The translations under genes were made by a program, and so were the position numbers. From an uncultured Gammaproteobacteria bacterium (lineage in GTDB: Bacteria; Patescibacteriota; Microgenomatia; Levybacterales; GWA1-39-11), in NCBI GenBank assembly GCA_964452165.1, contig CAYVKP010000001.1, forward strand, positions 268,110 to 332,109: a DNA stretch of 64,000 bases, written 5' to 3'. Below are positions 1-9,314 of the stretch, in pieces. Positions within the stretch are counted from its first letter, which is position 1. Each line of letters opens with the position of its first letter. The notes beneath the pieces were generated by a model. That model made no database searches. It was not told the DNA's origin and saw only the letters and a program-made list of their open reading frames with translations.

Positions 1-1
1 C

Positions 2-166
2 GGCTTGCCTCCCGCGCCAATTTCAAATCCTGGAATTGAAGCCATTCGCGCGGCACTCAATCCCGCCGACACCATGTACTTCTTTTATATATCTGACAAA
101 CAGGGTCATATACATGCAGCAAAAGATGAAGCGGGTCATACTGCCAATATCAAAAAATACCTCTAA
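2..166 (+). CDS. mltG: C-terminal fragment of MltG/YceG-like endolytic transglycosylase (5' end outside window)
   Basis: Open frame from the window edge to TAA at 164-166. Translation ...ALNPADTMYFFYISDKQGHIHAAKDEAGHTANIKKYL resembles the conserved YceG/MltG C-terminus (..YFVADGKGGHTF..). Confidence 0.45.
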   Translation, partial: GLPPAPISNPGIEAIRAALNPADTMYFFYISDKQGHIHAAKDEAGHTANIKKYL

Positions 167-206
167 TTTATTTGACATTCAAAAGTCTTTTCAGTTTAAT
201 TAGCTT

Positions 207-1013
207 ATGCCAATTGATGGTGGAGATCTTCCAAAACCCTCACAAGATAGCATACGGCCTCCAACAATCCATGATCAAAGACAAGCTGCGAAAAGACTAG
301 AGCTCGAAAGAAAACATGGACCTAGACCGCATGAAGCGGTAAAACTGAACTCCAATCCTGACACTTTAACTCCAGATGAACAGCGCGGTGTTCGTAATAA
401 AAAGCTTGCGAACGACATTATTGGGTTATGTTTGGATGCTGAATACGCTAAAACTTTCCAAGAAGGAAAACTCGATGGATATATGCCCGTAACTTTTACT
501 ACTCCAAAGCCTGAAAGTGATATATTTACTATAAATTTCACAAAGGAGAAAGAGAACAGTGGTAGAGAGATTAATCCGGCAACCAGTGAACCGGTTATCG
601 ATATCACGCCTCCAATGTGGAATTATCCGGACAGAAGATACTCTACGTCTTATGGTGATCTACCCTGGGATTTTGTGGATTCAACCGGTGACGAGTTTAA
701 TATGTTTATGTATTACCGTATTTCACCCAGAGGCCGAGCATATACTGTGCCTTATATATTTAGGTCGAGAATGGCAAACGAAATACATGGTCCCTCAGAT
801 GATGTGCCTCGTTTTAATGATGTTACCATTGATGTAGGCGGTGAAAGACTGGATGATGGTAGAGCCGTTGGAGGAAGAAATTTTGAAGAGCAAGATTATC
901 AAGAGGTTGAGGAATTGATAGCTTTAGCAAAGAGTGGGAAATATACTAAAACAGTAGAAGGCCCCTATAATTCTTGGACAGACGTAGTGGATTCCTATAA
1001 CAACAGAGAGTGA
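207..1013 (+). CDS. hypothetical protein (orphan, no recognisable domain)
   Basis: 268-aa uninterrupted ORF. The overlapping ORFs on other frames are shorter. Weak TTGACA-like -35 at 176-181. No Shine-Dalgarno sequence. Confidence 0.45.
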   Translation: MPIDGGDLPKPSQDSIRPPTIHDQRQAAKRLELERKHGPRPHEAVKLNSNPDTLTPDEQRGVRNKKLANDIIGLCLDAEYAKTFQEGKLDGYMPVTFTTPKPESDIFTINFTKEKENSGREINPATSEPVIDITPPMWNYPDRRYSTSYGDLPWDFVDSTGDEFNMFMYYRISPRGRAYTVPYIFRSRMANEIHGPSDDVPRFNDVTIDVGGERLDDGRAVGGRNFEEQDYQEVEELIALAKSGKYTKTVEGPYNSWTDVVDSYNNRE

Positions 1014-1026
1014 ACTATTTCAGTGC

Positions 1027-1055
1027 TTGACAAACCCCTGAACTTATTATATAAA
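1027..1055 (+). promoter_or_regulatory. sigma70-type promoter upstream of rpoB (TTGACA-17-TATAAA)
   Basis: TTGACA at 1027-1032, 17-nt spacer, TATAAA at 1050-1055. Confidence 0.45.
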
Positions 1056-1076
1056 TGAGCCTAACCTAAAAAGAGA

Positions 1077-1108
1077 GGGGGAAGTTTGCTTCCTTCCTTA
1101 TTTTTTTG
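1077..1108 (+). terminator. intrinsic-terminator-like hairpin/attenuator in the rpoB leader
   Basis: GGGGGAAG-TTTG-CTTCCTTC stem of ~8 bp including 2 G-U pairs, followed by TTATTTTTTTG. Lies between the promoter and the rpoB ATG at 1141. Confidence 0.35.
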
Positions 1109-1140
1109 TTTCAAGGTCAATCTTCTAGAATTTATTTCTA

Positions 1141-4100
1141 ATGGCAAAACAAGTAGGCAGTACAAGACAATATTGGGGTAAGGTCGAAAAAGCTCTACCC
1201 GAGCTTAATCTCCTCTCGATTCAAAAAGAATCATACAAGTGGTTTATAGAAGAAGGAATAAAAGAAGTAATTGACGAAATTTCTCCAATCGAGGACTTCA
1301 CCGGAAAAAACTGGGAACTCTCCTTGGGTGAATACAAACTCGGCGATCCAAAAATAACCGAAGAAATCGCTCTCGCAAAAGGCCTTACGTATTTTTCTCC
1401 TCTTACGGTTGAAGCAGTTTTGGTCAACAAGAAAACCGGAAAAAGTGTAAAACAAAACGTTTTCTTAGGCGAAGTACCAAAAATGACTGACCGCGGTACA
1501 TTCATTGTTAACGGTATTGAGAGAGTGATTGTTTCTCAAATTGTCCGATCTCCCGGTGTTTTCTTCACCGCCACTGAAGACCCGATTACAGGAAAAACTC
1601 TTTACACAGCTGAAATGAGGCCTGTTCACGGATCATGGCTAGAATTTTCAACGACCAGAACAGACATGGTCGTTGTTCGTATAGATAGACGTAAAAAATT
1701 CCTCGCATCAGTTTTCCTAAAAGCACTTGGTATTGATACAAATGAAGAGATTTACGGCAGATTCGATGGAATTGAAGGCGCGCAGGTTTACATGAAGAAT
1801 ACACTTGAAAAAGATGACGCAAAGGGTGGAACCGATGCACTTATTGAAATCTTCAAGAAAATGAATCCCGGAGAGCCGGTTGTTATTGATACAATTCGCC
1901 AAAACTTCAGAGACTCTTTCTTTGACCGAAGACGCTACGATCTTTCACGCGTAGGACGTTACAAAGTTAATAAAAAGCTCGCAGCTTTACCGAATTTTCA
2001 AGCCCAAGAAGCTTTAACCCTTACAATAGATGATGTAATAGGAATAATCTCATACTTAATCGAGCTCTCATCCGGTCGTGGAAAGATTGATGATATAGAC
2101 CACTTGGCAAATAGGCGCATTCGATCTATTGGAGAACTTGTCCAGACGACCGCCTTTCGTGTAGGAGCACTCAGACTCGAGAGAATTATTAAAGAAAAAA
2201 TGTCTTTGGCATCAACAGAAGAGCAATTCTCACCTTCCCACTTTATAAATGCTCATCCAATAATTGCAGCAATTAATGAGTTTTTCAGAACCAGCCAGCT
2301 TTCGGCAATTTTGGATCAAACCAATCCATTGTCTGAGATTGATAATATTCGTCGTCTTACTGTTATGGGTACAGGTGGAATTTCAAGAGAACGCGCTTCC
2401 TTCTCAATTCGTGACATAAACTCCTCACAGTATTCGAGAATTTGTCCTGTTCGTTCGCCTGAAGGACCAAATATTGGTTTGGTTACATATTTGGCTTTGT
2501 ATGCGCGCGTGAACGAATACGGATTTCTGGAAGCTCCATACAAAGTTGTTGAAAGTCAAAAACAAGGTTCAAAGACAAAGCTCAAAGTTACACCCAAGAT
2601 TGTCTACATGGACGCTCAAGAAGAAATGGAACATTACATAACGCACGCCGATATAAGAGTTGGTGCAGACGGTTACATAATTGATGATTTGGTTCCGGCT
2701 CGTTACAACGGAGAATACCTTGAAGTTGAAAAAGAAAAGATCGAATTTATTGACGTTATTCCAAGGCAGGTCGTTGGAACATCCGCTGCTTTAATTCCAT
2801 TTATTGACCATGATGAAGCAAACCGTGCTCTTATGGGAACCCACATGCAGTGTCAAGCCGTTCCACTTGTTAAGAATGAAAGTCCAATTATAGGAACGGG
2901 AATGGAAGATATGGTTTCACGCGCAATGGGACGTGTTCATGTTGCAACTTTTGATGGGACAGTAACTTATGTTGACGCAAATAAAGTTGTATTAAAAGAT
3001 GGAAAGCACGAAGAAACTTTCAAGACGGATAAATTTAAAAGAACCGCGCAAAACACTTTCTTTAACCAAAAGCCAATTGTTACCACAGGACAGAAAGTTA
3101 AAAAAGGCGACATTTTAATTGATGGACCTGCGTCTGCCGAGGGGGAACTTGCTTTGGGAAAAAATCTTACAATTGCATATGCTTCTTTTGACGGACTCGG
3201 ATACGAAGATGCTATTGTCATTTCAGACCGTTTGGTTCGTGATGATTCCTTGACTTCAGTTCACATCGAAAAATATGAAGCAACAGTTGTTGATACAAAA
3301 CTTGGAGCAGAAGAGACAACTCGTGATATTCCAAACGTTGCAGAAGAAGATTTGGCAAATCTTGACGAAGAGGGAATTGTGGTTGTCGGATCTGAAGTGA
3401 AGCCGGGAGATATTTTAGTTGGAAAGATTGCTCCAAAGGGTGAAACAGAATTAACGGCAGAAGAAAGATTGCTCCGCGCAATCTTTGGTGAAAAAGCTCG
3501 TGAAGTTCGTGATACTTCTCTTCGTATGCCTCACGGCGAGCACGGAATTGTTACAAATATTCAGATTCTTGATCGCGCGCGCGGCGACGAACTTGAGCCG
3601 GGAACAATTCGCAAAATTCAAATTGAGGTTGCTCAAATGAGACACGTTGTTGTTGGAGACAAGCTTGCAGGTAGGCACGGAAACAAGGGAGTTATTTCAA
3701 AAATAGTTCCTGATTCCGATATGCCTTACCTTGAAGACGGAACGCCTGTTGATATTATTATTTCTCCAATTTCAGTGCTTGGTCGTATGAATTTGGGACA
3801 GCTGCTTGAAGCGCACTTAGGACTTGCTGCAAAGAAGCTTGGAGTCAAAGTCTCACTTCCGGTTTTTGAAAAGATGAACGAAGACCAATACATAGACCTT
3901 CTTAAAGAAGCAGGAATGCCCGTGAATGGAAAAATGAAGCTTTTTGATGCAAGGACAGGAGAGGCCTATGAGAATGATGTAGTTGTTGGGATTGGATATA
4001 TCATGAAACTTATTCACATGGTTGAGGATAAAGCTCACGCAAGATCAACAGGGCCATACTCACTCGTTACACAACAGCCGCTTGGTGGAAAAGCACAAAT

Positions 4101-4533
4101 GGGAGGACAAAGACTTGGGGAGATGGAAGTTTGGGCTCTTGAAGCACACCGCGCAGCATATTCACTTCAAGAAATGTTAACAATCAAGTCAGATGACGTA
4201 TCAGGTCGTGCAAAAGCTTTTGAGGCAATCATTAAATCAGTAGATATTCCTACACCTAGAGTTCCTGAGTCATTTAAGGTCTTGATTCGAGAACTTCAAT
4301 CTTTGTCTCTTAACATTATTCCTATGCAGGCAGTCGTTGCAGATGATGATAAGGAAGATGTTTCAGATGAAGCAGAAGAAGTGAAAGCCGAGGCAAAAGA
4401 ACTTCAGGAAGCGCTAGTTGGTGTCCAGGTAGCAGACGGGCAGACACCTGATGCAAATCTTGGCGAAACGGAAGTAATAACTGATGTTGTTGCTGCGCCA
4501 CAGGCAGCAGCTCCCGAGGAGCCAAAAGAATAA
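1141..4533 (+). CDS. rpoB: DNA-directed RNA polymerase subunit beta
   Basis: 1130 aa carrying conserved beta motifs (..GKNWELSLGEYK.., ..NRALMGTHMQCQAVPL.., ..RLGEMEVWALEAH..). Acidic C-terminal tail. Confidence 0.97.
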   Translation: MAKQVGSTRQYWGKVEKALPELNLLSIQKESYKWFIEEGIKEVIDEISPIEDFTGKNWELSLGEYKLGDPKITEEIALAKGLTYFSPLTVEAVLVNKKTGKSVKQNVFLGEVPKMTDRGTFIVNGIERVIVSQIVRSPGVFFTATEDPITGKTLYTAEMRPVHGSWLEFSTTRTDMVVVRIDRRKKFLASVFLKALGIDTNEEIYGRFDGIEGAQVYMKNTLEKDDAKGGTDALIEIFKKMNPGEPVVIDTIRQNFRDSFFDRRRYDLSRVGRYKVNKKLAALPNFQAQEALTLTIDDVIGIISYLIELSSGRGKIDDIDHLANRRIRSIGELVQTTAFRVGALRLERIIKEKMSLASTEEQFSPSHFINAHPIIAAINEFFRTSQLSAILDQTNPLSEIDNIRRLTVMGTGGISRERASFSIRDINSSQYSRICPVRSPEGPNIGLVTYLALYARVNEYGFLEAPYKVVESQKQGSKTKLKVTPKIVYMDAQEEMEHYITHADIRVGADGYIIDDLVPARYNGEYLEVEKEKIEFIDVIPRQVVGTSAALIPFIDHDEANRALMGTHMQCQAVPLVKNESPIIGTGMEDMVSRAMGRVHVATFDGTVTYVDANKVVLKDGKHEETFKTDKFKRTAQNTFFNQKPIVTTGQKVKKGDILIDGPASAEGELALGKNLTIAYASFDGLGYEDAIVISDRLVRDDSLTSVHIEKYEATVVDTKLGAEETTRDIPNVAEEDLANLDEEGIVVVGSEVKPGDILVGKIAPKGETELTAEERLLRAIFGEKAREVRDTSLRMPHGEHGIVTNIQILDRARGDELEPGTIRKIQIEVAQMRHVVVGDKLAGRHGNKGVISKIVPDSDMPYLEDGTPVDIIISPISVLGRMNLGQLLEAHLGLAAKKLGVKVSLPVFEKMNEDQYIDLLKEAGMPVNGKMKLFDARTGEAYENDVVVGIGYIMKLIHMVEDKAHARSTGPYSLVTQQPLGGKAQMGGQRLGEMEVWALEAHRAAYSLQEMLTIKSDDVSGRAKAFEAIIKSVDIPTPRVPESFKVLIRELQSLSLNIIPMQAVVADDDKEDVSDEAEEVKAEAKELQEALVGVQVADGQTPDANLGETEVITDVVAAPQAAAPEEPKE

Positions 4534-4534
4534 T

Positions 4535-7500
4535 ATGGATAACAATAATAGAAAAAGTAATCGAGAGAAAAAGTTTGATGCAATAAATATTTCAGACTTT
4601 AAAGGTCTTAAGGTTTTGGTTGCAGAACCAGGAGATATCAGAGCTTATTCTTATGGTGAGGTTACCAAGCCTGAAACCATTAACTACCGAACATACAGAC
4701 CCGAAAAAGATGGTTTGTTCGATGAGAGAATCTTTGGACCAACGAGAGATTTTGAATGTTATTGCGGAAAATACAAAAGAATTCGTTATAAGGGAATAGT
4801 TTGTGATAGATGTGGAGTTGAGGTCACATATTCAAGAGTCCGCCGTGAGAGAATGGGTCATATATCTCTTGCTTCACCGGTTGTTCACATCTGGTTTTCA
4901 AAGGGAAGTCCATCAAAAATTTCGGTTCTCTTAGATATTCCACAGAAAGATCTTGAATCCGTAGTTTATTTTGCATCATATCTCGTTACAGAAATTGGCG
5001 AAGATAAAAGAAAAGAAGCACAGAAGAAAATTGCGGACATTAAAGAGGAGAGAATTAAAAAGCTTAAAAAACAGGCAGAAGAAGAGCTTTCAGTGCTTGA
5101 AAAAGACGAGAAGAGCAAGGTAAAAGACGTCAAGGGAAGCCTTCATAAGGAACAAAAAGAGTTGGTTCTTGAAGAAACCGATGTGCAATTCCGCCAGAAA
5201 AAAATCGCACTTGATAAAAGACTTGAAACGGAAGTTGCAAGAACTGAGGAAATTTTTGCAAGAGTAACAGATATTATCCGCGGACTTAAGCTTTGGGACG
5301 TCTTGAGCGAAGAAGAGTACGTTCGTTTAATAGAATATGATGTACCTATTTTCTTTGAAGTAGAGACTGGAGCAGCAGCAATTCTGCACGCAATTGAACA
5401 AATAGATTTACAAAAGTTAATTGGAGATTTGCGTGAGGAAGTTCAAAAGTCTTCAGGCCAAAAGCAACTTAAGTTACTTAAGCGCCAGCACTTGATTGAA
5501 TCAGTCACGAAAGCAGGATTTAAGCCTTCGTCTTTGGTTCTGCAGGTTCTCCCTGTCTTGCCGCCGGATCTTCGTCCTATGGTTCAGCTTAACGGTGGAC
5601 GCTTTGCAACATCGGATTTGAATGATTTGTATCGCCGCGTTATCAATAGAAATAACCGTTTGAAGCATTTAATCTCTCTTGGTGCACCGGAAATTATTCT
5701 TAGGAATGAAAAAAGAATGCTTCAGGAGTCGGTCGATTACTTAATAGATACTTCAATCCGTACGTCTCAAACTCAAAAACAGTTTAAGTCTCTTTCTGAT
5801 ATCTTGCGCGGAAAACAAGGTCGATTTAGAAAGAACCTTCTTGGAAAAAGAGTCGATTATTCAGGTCGTTCAGTTATTATCGTTGGACCTGAGCTTACTC
5901 TAAATCAGTGTGGACTTCCAAAAGAAATGGCTCTCGAACTCTTTAAGCCATTCGTTATCCGCGAAGTCATCTCTCGCGGCTTGACTACTCCCAACGTTAA
6001 GGCTGCAAAAAGATTTATTGAAAGAAGATCACCTGAGATATTTGATATCTTGGAAGAAATAACGAGAAATCACCCGGTTCTTCTCAACCGTGCTCCAACT
6101 TTGCACAAACTTGGAATTCAAGCATTCTATCCAGTTCTTGTTGAAGGTTCAGCAATCAAAATTCACCCTTGTGTTTGTGCAGGTTACAACGCTGACTTTG
6201 ACGGAGACCAAATGGCAATTCACGTTCCGCTTTCAGCACGTGCACAAGACGAGGCAATAAGACTCATGATGCCGGCTCACAACTTGCTCAAGCCCGCGGA
6301 TGGTGCCCCAATTACATTGCCTAACAAAGAAATGGCGCTTGGAGCTTTCTATTTAACTTCGGTAGATGAAAGAATGACAAAAGAAAATCTTCCTACTTTT
6401 TCAGACGAGATTGAAGCACATCTTGCGTTCTCACTTAAGAAAATTCAACTCCGAGAAAAAGTTAAAGTCAGAGTTGATGGAAAAATGATGGAGACCACAA
6501 TTGGAAGAATTATATTCAACGAAAGACTTCCAAAAGAACTTCAATTCATTAATAACGAAGTTAAAGCTTCAACAATCAAAGACATTGTAACCCGTGCAAT
6601 GGTAGTATGTTCTGAAGAAGAAGTTGCAAATCTTATCGATAATCTTAAGGGTGTCGGTTTCTATGCCGCAACACTTTCAGGAATTTCCGTTTCTACATTT
6701 GATTTGAAGAGATTGCCGGATAAGGACAGATTAATAGATGAAGCAGAGGAAAAGATTAAAGAAATCGAACAAGAGTATCAAAACGGTCTTATTACCCACG
6801 GGGAACAAAGAAGACTTTCAAATAACGTATGGCTTGAAGCAACAGAAAAGATGGCAAATCTTACATGGGAGTTGTTTGACAAGAACGATATTGTCCGCAT
6901 AATTGCAGAATCAGGCGGAGCGCGTGCCGGAAAAGATCAGATCAAGCAGCTTGCTGCAATGAGAGGTTTGATTTTTGATCCGTTGGGAAGAATCGTCGAA
7001 CTTCCAATTAAGTCAAACTTCCGTGAAGGTCTTTCAATTTTTGAATACGTTAACTCGGCCCGTGGTTCAAGAAAAGGTTTGACAGATTCAGCACTTAAAA
7101 CAGCCGATGCAGGATACTTAACACGTCGTCTTGTTGATGTTGCCCACGACGTTATAATTCGCGAGGGAGATTGTGGAATTGAAGACGGAATAAGCGTTGA
7201 TGTTGCAGGTCGTCGTGACAATGAAGCCTACATGACAAGCATGCTTTTGGGTCGTGTTACTACAAAAGAGGTGGTAAGCAAGAAAGATAAGAAAACTTTG
7301 GTTAAAAAAGGATCAGAAATTGACTATGAGGCATTGGCCAAGATACTTCGCGACGACACGATTACTGAGATTGTTGTCCGTTCACCTCTCTTCTGTAGAC
7401 TCCGCTACGGACTTTGTGCATCCTGCTACGGTTGGGATTTGTCTGCCTACAGGCGCGCAGATACCGGAACTCCAGTTGGAGTTATTGCCGCCCAATCTAT

Positions 7501-8317
7501 TGGAGAACCGGGAACTCAGCTTACAATGCGTGTAAGGCATTTTGGAGGAGTCGTTATGTCTGACGTTACTCAAGGGTTACCAAGAGTAGAGGAGTTGTTT
7601 GAGGTTCGCCGACCAAAAGTTTTGGCGCCAATAGCAGATATTAGTGGTAAAGTTCAGGTTAGCAAAGTAGAAGACGGATTTATAATTCGTGTTCGCAACG
7701 CAAAGGTCAAACCGGTTGAAGAGAGAGAATATTTTGTACCTATGACCTCAACTGTTCTTGTAGAAGAGGATGAAACAATCGTTGCTGGAACTCAACTTTG
7801 TGAAGGTTATCTTGATCCACGAGACGTCTTGAAAATCTCGGGGCTACGGGCTGCTCAAGAATATCTTATCGCCCAGATTCAAAGCGTTTACGAATCTCAG
7901 GGAATCTCAATTCACTACAAGCATTTTGAGACAATTGTTCGCAAGATGTCTGATAAAGTTATGATTGAAACTCCCGGAGATACATCCTTAATGCCCGGAG
8001 ATTTAGTTTCAAAGTTGCGTTTTGAAGAAGAGAATGCAAACGTAATCTCAGAAGGTGGAGAGCCGTCAAGCGCGAGAGAGATAATCCTTGGAATAACAAA
8101 GGCATCGCTCGTCACAGATTCATGGCTCTCAGCGTCTTCATTCCAGGAGACAACTCAGGTGTTGACAGATGCTGCTCTTGAAGGCCGAATTGATAATCTC
8201 ATTGGACTTAAAGAGAACGTTATTGTTGGAAGACTCATTCCGGTCCGCGAAGAATTTATTGAAGGAGCCGTCGTCGAACAGCCTCAACAAGAGCCTGCTG
8301 CAGTCAAAGCTGCCTAG
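4535..8317 (+). CDS. rpoC: DNA-directed RNA polymerase subunit beta'
   Basis: Conserved motifs: zinc finger CYCGKY..CDRCGVEV, NADFDGDQMA, VLPVLPPDLRP. The likely true start is ATG 4535 (MDNNN), 1 nt after the rpoB stop. The ORF-track start at 4484 overlaps rpoB. Confidence 0.96.
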   Translation: MDNNNRKSNREKKFDAINISDFKGLKVLVAEPGDIRAYSYGEVTKPETINYRTYRPEKDGLFDERIFGPTRDFECYCGKYKRIRYKGIVCDRCGVEVTYSRVRRERMGHISLASPVVHIWFSKGSPSKISVLLDIPQKDLESVVYFASYLVTEIGEDKRKEAQKKIADIKEERIKKLKKQAEEELSVLEKDEKSKVKDVKGSLHKEQKELVLEETDVQFRQKKIALDKRLETEVARTEEIFARVTDIIRGLKLWDVLSEEEYVRLIEYDVPIFFEVETGAAAILHAIEQIDLQKLIGDLREEVQKSSGQKQLKLLKRQHLIESVTKAGFKPSSLVLQVLPVLPPDLRPMVQLNGGRFATSDLNDLYRRVINRNNRLKHLISLGAPEIILRNEKRMLQESVDYLIDTSIRTSQTQKQFKSLSDILRGKQGRFRKNLLGKRVDYSGRSVIIVGPELTLNQCGLPKEMALELFKPFVIREVISRGLTTPNVKAAKRFIERRSPEIFDILEEITRNHPVLLNRAPTLHKLGIQAFYPVLVEGSAIKIHPCVCAGYNADFDGDQMAIHVPLSARAQDEAIRLMMPAHNLLKPADGAPITLPNKEMALGAFYLTSVDERMTKENLPTFSDEIEAHLAFSLKKIQLREKVKVRVDGKMMETTIGRIIFNERLPKELQFINNEVKASTIKDIVTRAMVVCSEEEVANLIDNLKGVGFYAATLSGISVSTFDLKRLPDKDRLIDEAEEKIKEIEQEYQNGLITHGEQRRLSNNVWLEATEKMANLTWELFDKNDIVRIIAESGGARAGKDQIKQLAAMRGLIFDPLGRIVELPIKSNFREGLSIFEYVNSARGSRKGLTDSALKTADAGYLTRRLVDVAHDVIIREGDCGIEDGISVDVAGRRDNEAYMTSMLLGRVTTKEVVSKKDKKTLVKKGSEIDYEALAKILRDDTITEIVVRSPLFCRLRYGLCASCYGWDLSAYRRADTGTPVGVIAAQSIGEPGTQLTMRVRHFGGVVMSDVTQGLPRVEELFEVRRPKVLAPIADISGKVQVSKVEDGFIIRVRNAKVKPVEEREYFVPMTSTVLVEEDETIVAGTQLCEGYLDPRDVLKISGLRAAQEYLIAQIQSVYESQGISIHYKHFETIVRKMSDKVMIETPGDTSLMPGDLVSKLRFEEENANVISEGGEPSSAREIILGITKASLVTDSWLSASSFQETTQVLTDAALEGRIDNLIGLKENVIVGRLIPVREEFIEGAVVEQPQQEPAAVKAA

Positions 8318-8352
8318 TAATCGAGGTTAATTTATTGTAAAATAGCCAAACT

Positions 8353-8769
8353 ATGCCGACACTTAACCAATTAATTAAAAAGGGTAGAAGTAAAAAAGGA
8401 CACAAAATTAAAGCAACAGGATTGCGTTCTATTTTTAATGCAAAAATTAGAAAATATACAGTTGTTCCTTCACCTCAAAAACGTGGAGTTGTAACCTTGG
8501 TTCGTACAATGACTCCAAAAAAGCCTAATTCGGCTCTTCGAAAAGTTGCACGTGTAAAACTATCAAATCGTGAAGAAGTAACAGCCTACATTCAAGGAAT
8601 TGGACACAATTTAGCCGAACACGGAATTGTTTTGGTCCGTGGCGGCCGCGTCAAAGATTTGCCGGGAGTAAAATATCACTTGGTTCGCGGTAAGTTTGAT
8701 CTTGCTGGCGTTGAAACAAGAAGAAGTTCAAGAAGCCGTTACGGTACAAAAAGGCCCCAGGCAGCATAA
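8353..8769 (+). CDS. rpsL: 30S ribosomal protein S12
   Basis: [12 protein letters not shown]... with a conserved ..[14 protein letters not shown].. segment. Confidence 0.97.
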   Translation: MPTLNQLIKKGRSKKGHKIKATGLRSIFNAKIRKYTVVPSPQKRGVVTLVRTMTPKKPNSALRKVARVKLSNREEVTAYIQGIGHNLAEHGIVLVRGGRVKDLPGVKYHLVRGKFDLAGVETRRSSRSRYGTKRPQAA

Positions 8770-8780
8770 TCTGAAATAAT

Positions 8781-9257
8781 ATGGCAAGAGGTGGAAGCAA
8801 AGTTAAAAGAAGAGAAAAACAAGCAGACCCGGTTTACGGGAGTGTTTTGATTGCGATGCTAACAAATAGACTTATGCGCGACGGCAAAAAAACAATTGCG
8901 CAAAAAGTCGTTTACCAGGCGCTTGATATCCTTAAAAAGGAAGGCGATCCAGTCAAGTTATTTGAAATGGCAATTGAGACAGTTGGCCCAAAAGTTGAAG
9001 TAAAAGCTAAAAGAATTGGTGGCGCGGCATATCAAGTTCCTCAGGAAGTCCGCGGAGCACGCAAAACTGCGCTTGCCATTCGTTGGATTCTTGAAGCAGC
9101 AACAAAAAGACCAACTGCCGACTACAAATCTTTCGCAGCGAAATTGGCGGCAGAGCTTATTGACGCTACTAAAAACGCAGGAGAAGCAATTAGAAAGCGC
9201 GATGTTGCGCACCGTATGGCCGAAGCAAACAAAGCCTTCTCACACTTCCGCTGGTAA
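8781..9257 (+). CDS. rpsG: 30S ribosomal protein S7
   Basis: 158 aa containing ..AIRWILEAA.. and ..ENKAFSHFRW. Confidence 0.96.
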   Translation: MARGGSKVKRREKQADPVYGSVLIAMLTNRLMRDGKKTIAQKVVYQALDILKKEGDPVKLFEMAIETVGPKVEVKAKRIGGAAYQVPQEVRGARKTALAIRWILEAATKRPTADYKSFAAKLAAELIDATKNAGEAIRKRDVAHRMAEANKAFSHFRW

Positions 9258-9279
9258 GCCCGACTTTAATCCTATAATA

Positions 9280-9314
9280 TTGATTTTAGGTTCAAAATTT
9301 GATATAATCCCCAA
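9280..9314 (+). promoter_or_regulatory. consensus promoter (TTGATT-17-TGaTATAAT) placing the transcription start site at or next to the ATG of the downstream orphan gene, i.e. a leaderless transcript
   Basis: -35 TTGATT at 9280-9285, 17-nt spacer, extended -10 TGATATAAT at 9300-9308, ATG at 9315 (7 nt after the -10). Confidence 0.45.

Noticed and set aside
275-837. ORF-track entries 275..607 (-) and 559..837 (+) inside the 207..1013 ORF
   Set aside because: Shorter and nested in other frames of a longer uninterrupted ORF, so likely spurious.
4484-4534. Upstream extension of rpoC (ORF-track start 4484) overlapping the rpoB 3' end
   Set aside because: ATG 4535 (MDNNN) lies 1 nt after the rpoB stop and matches the expected beta' N-terminus. 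The 17-aa extension is unsupported.
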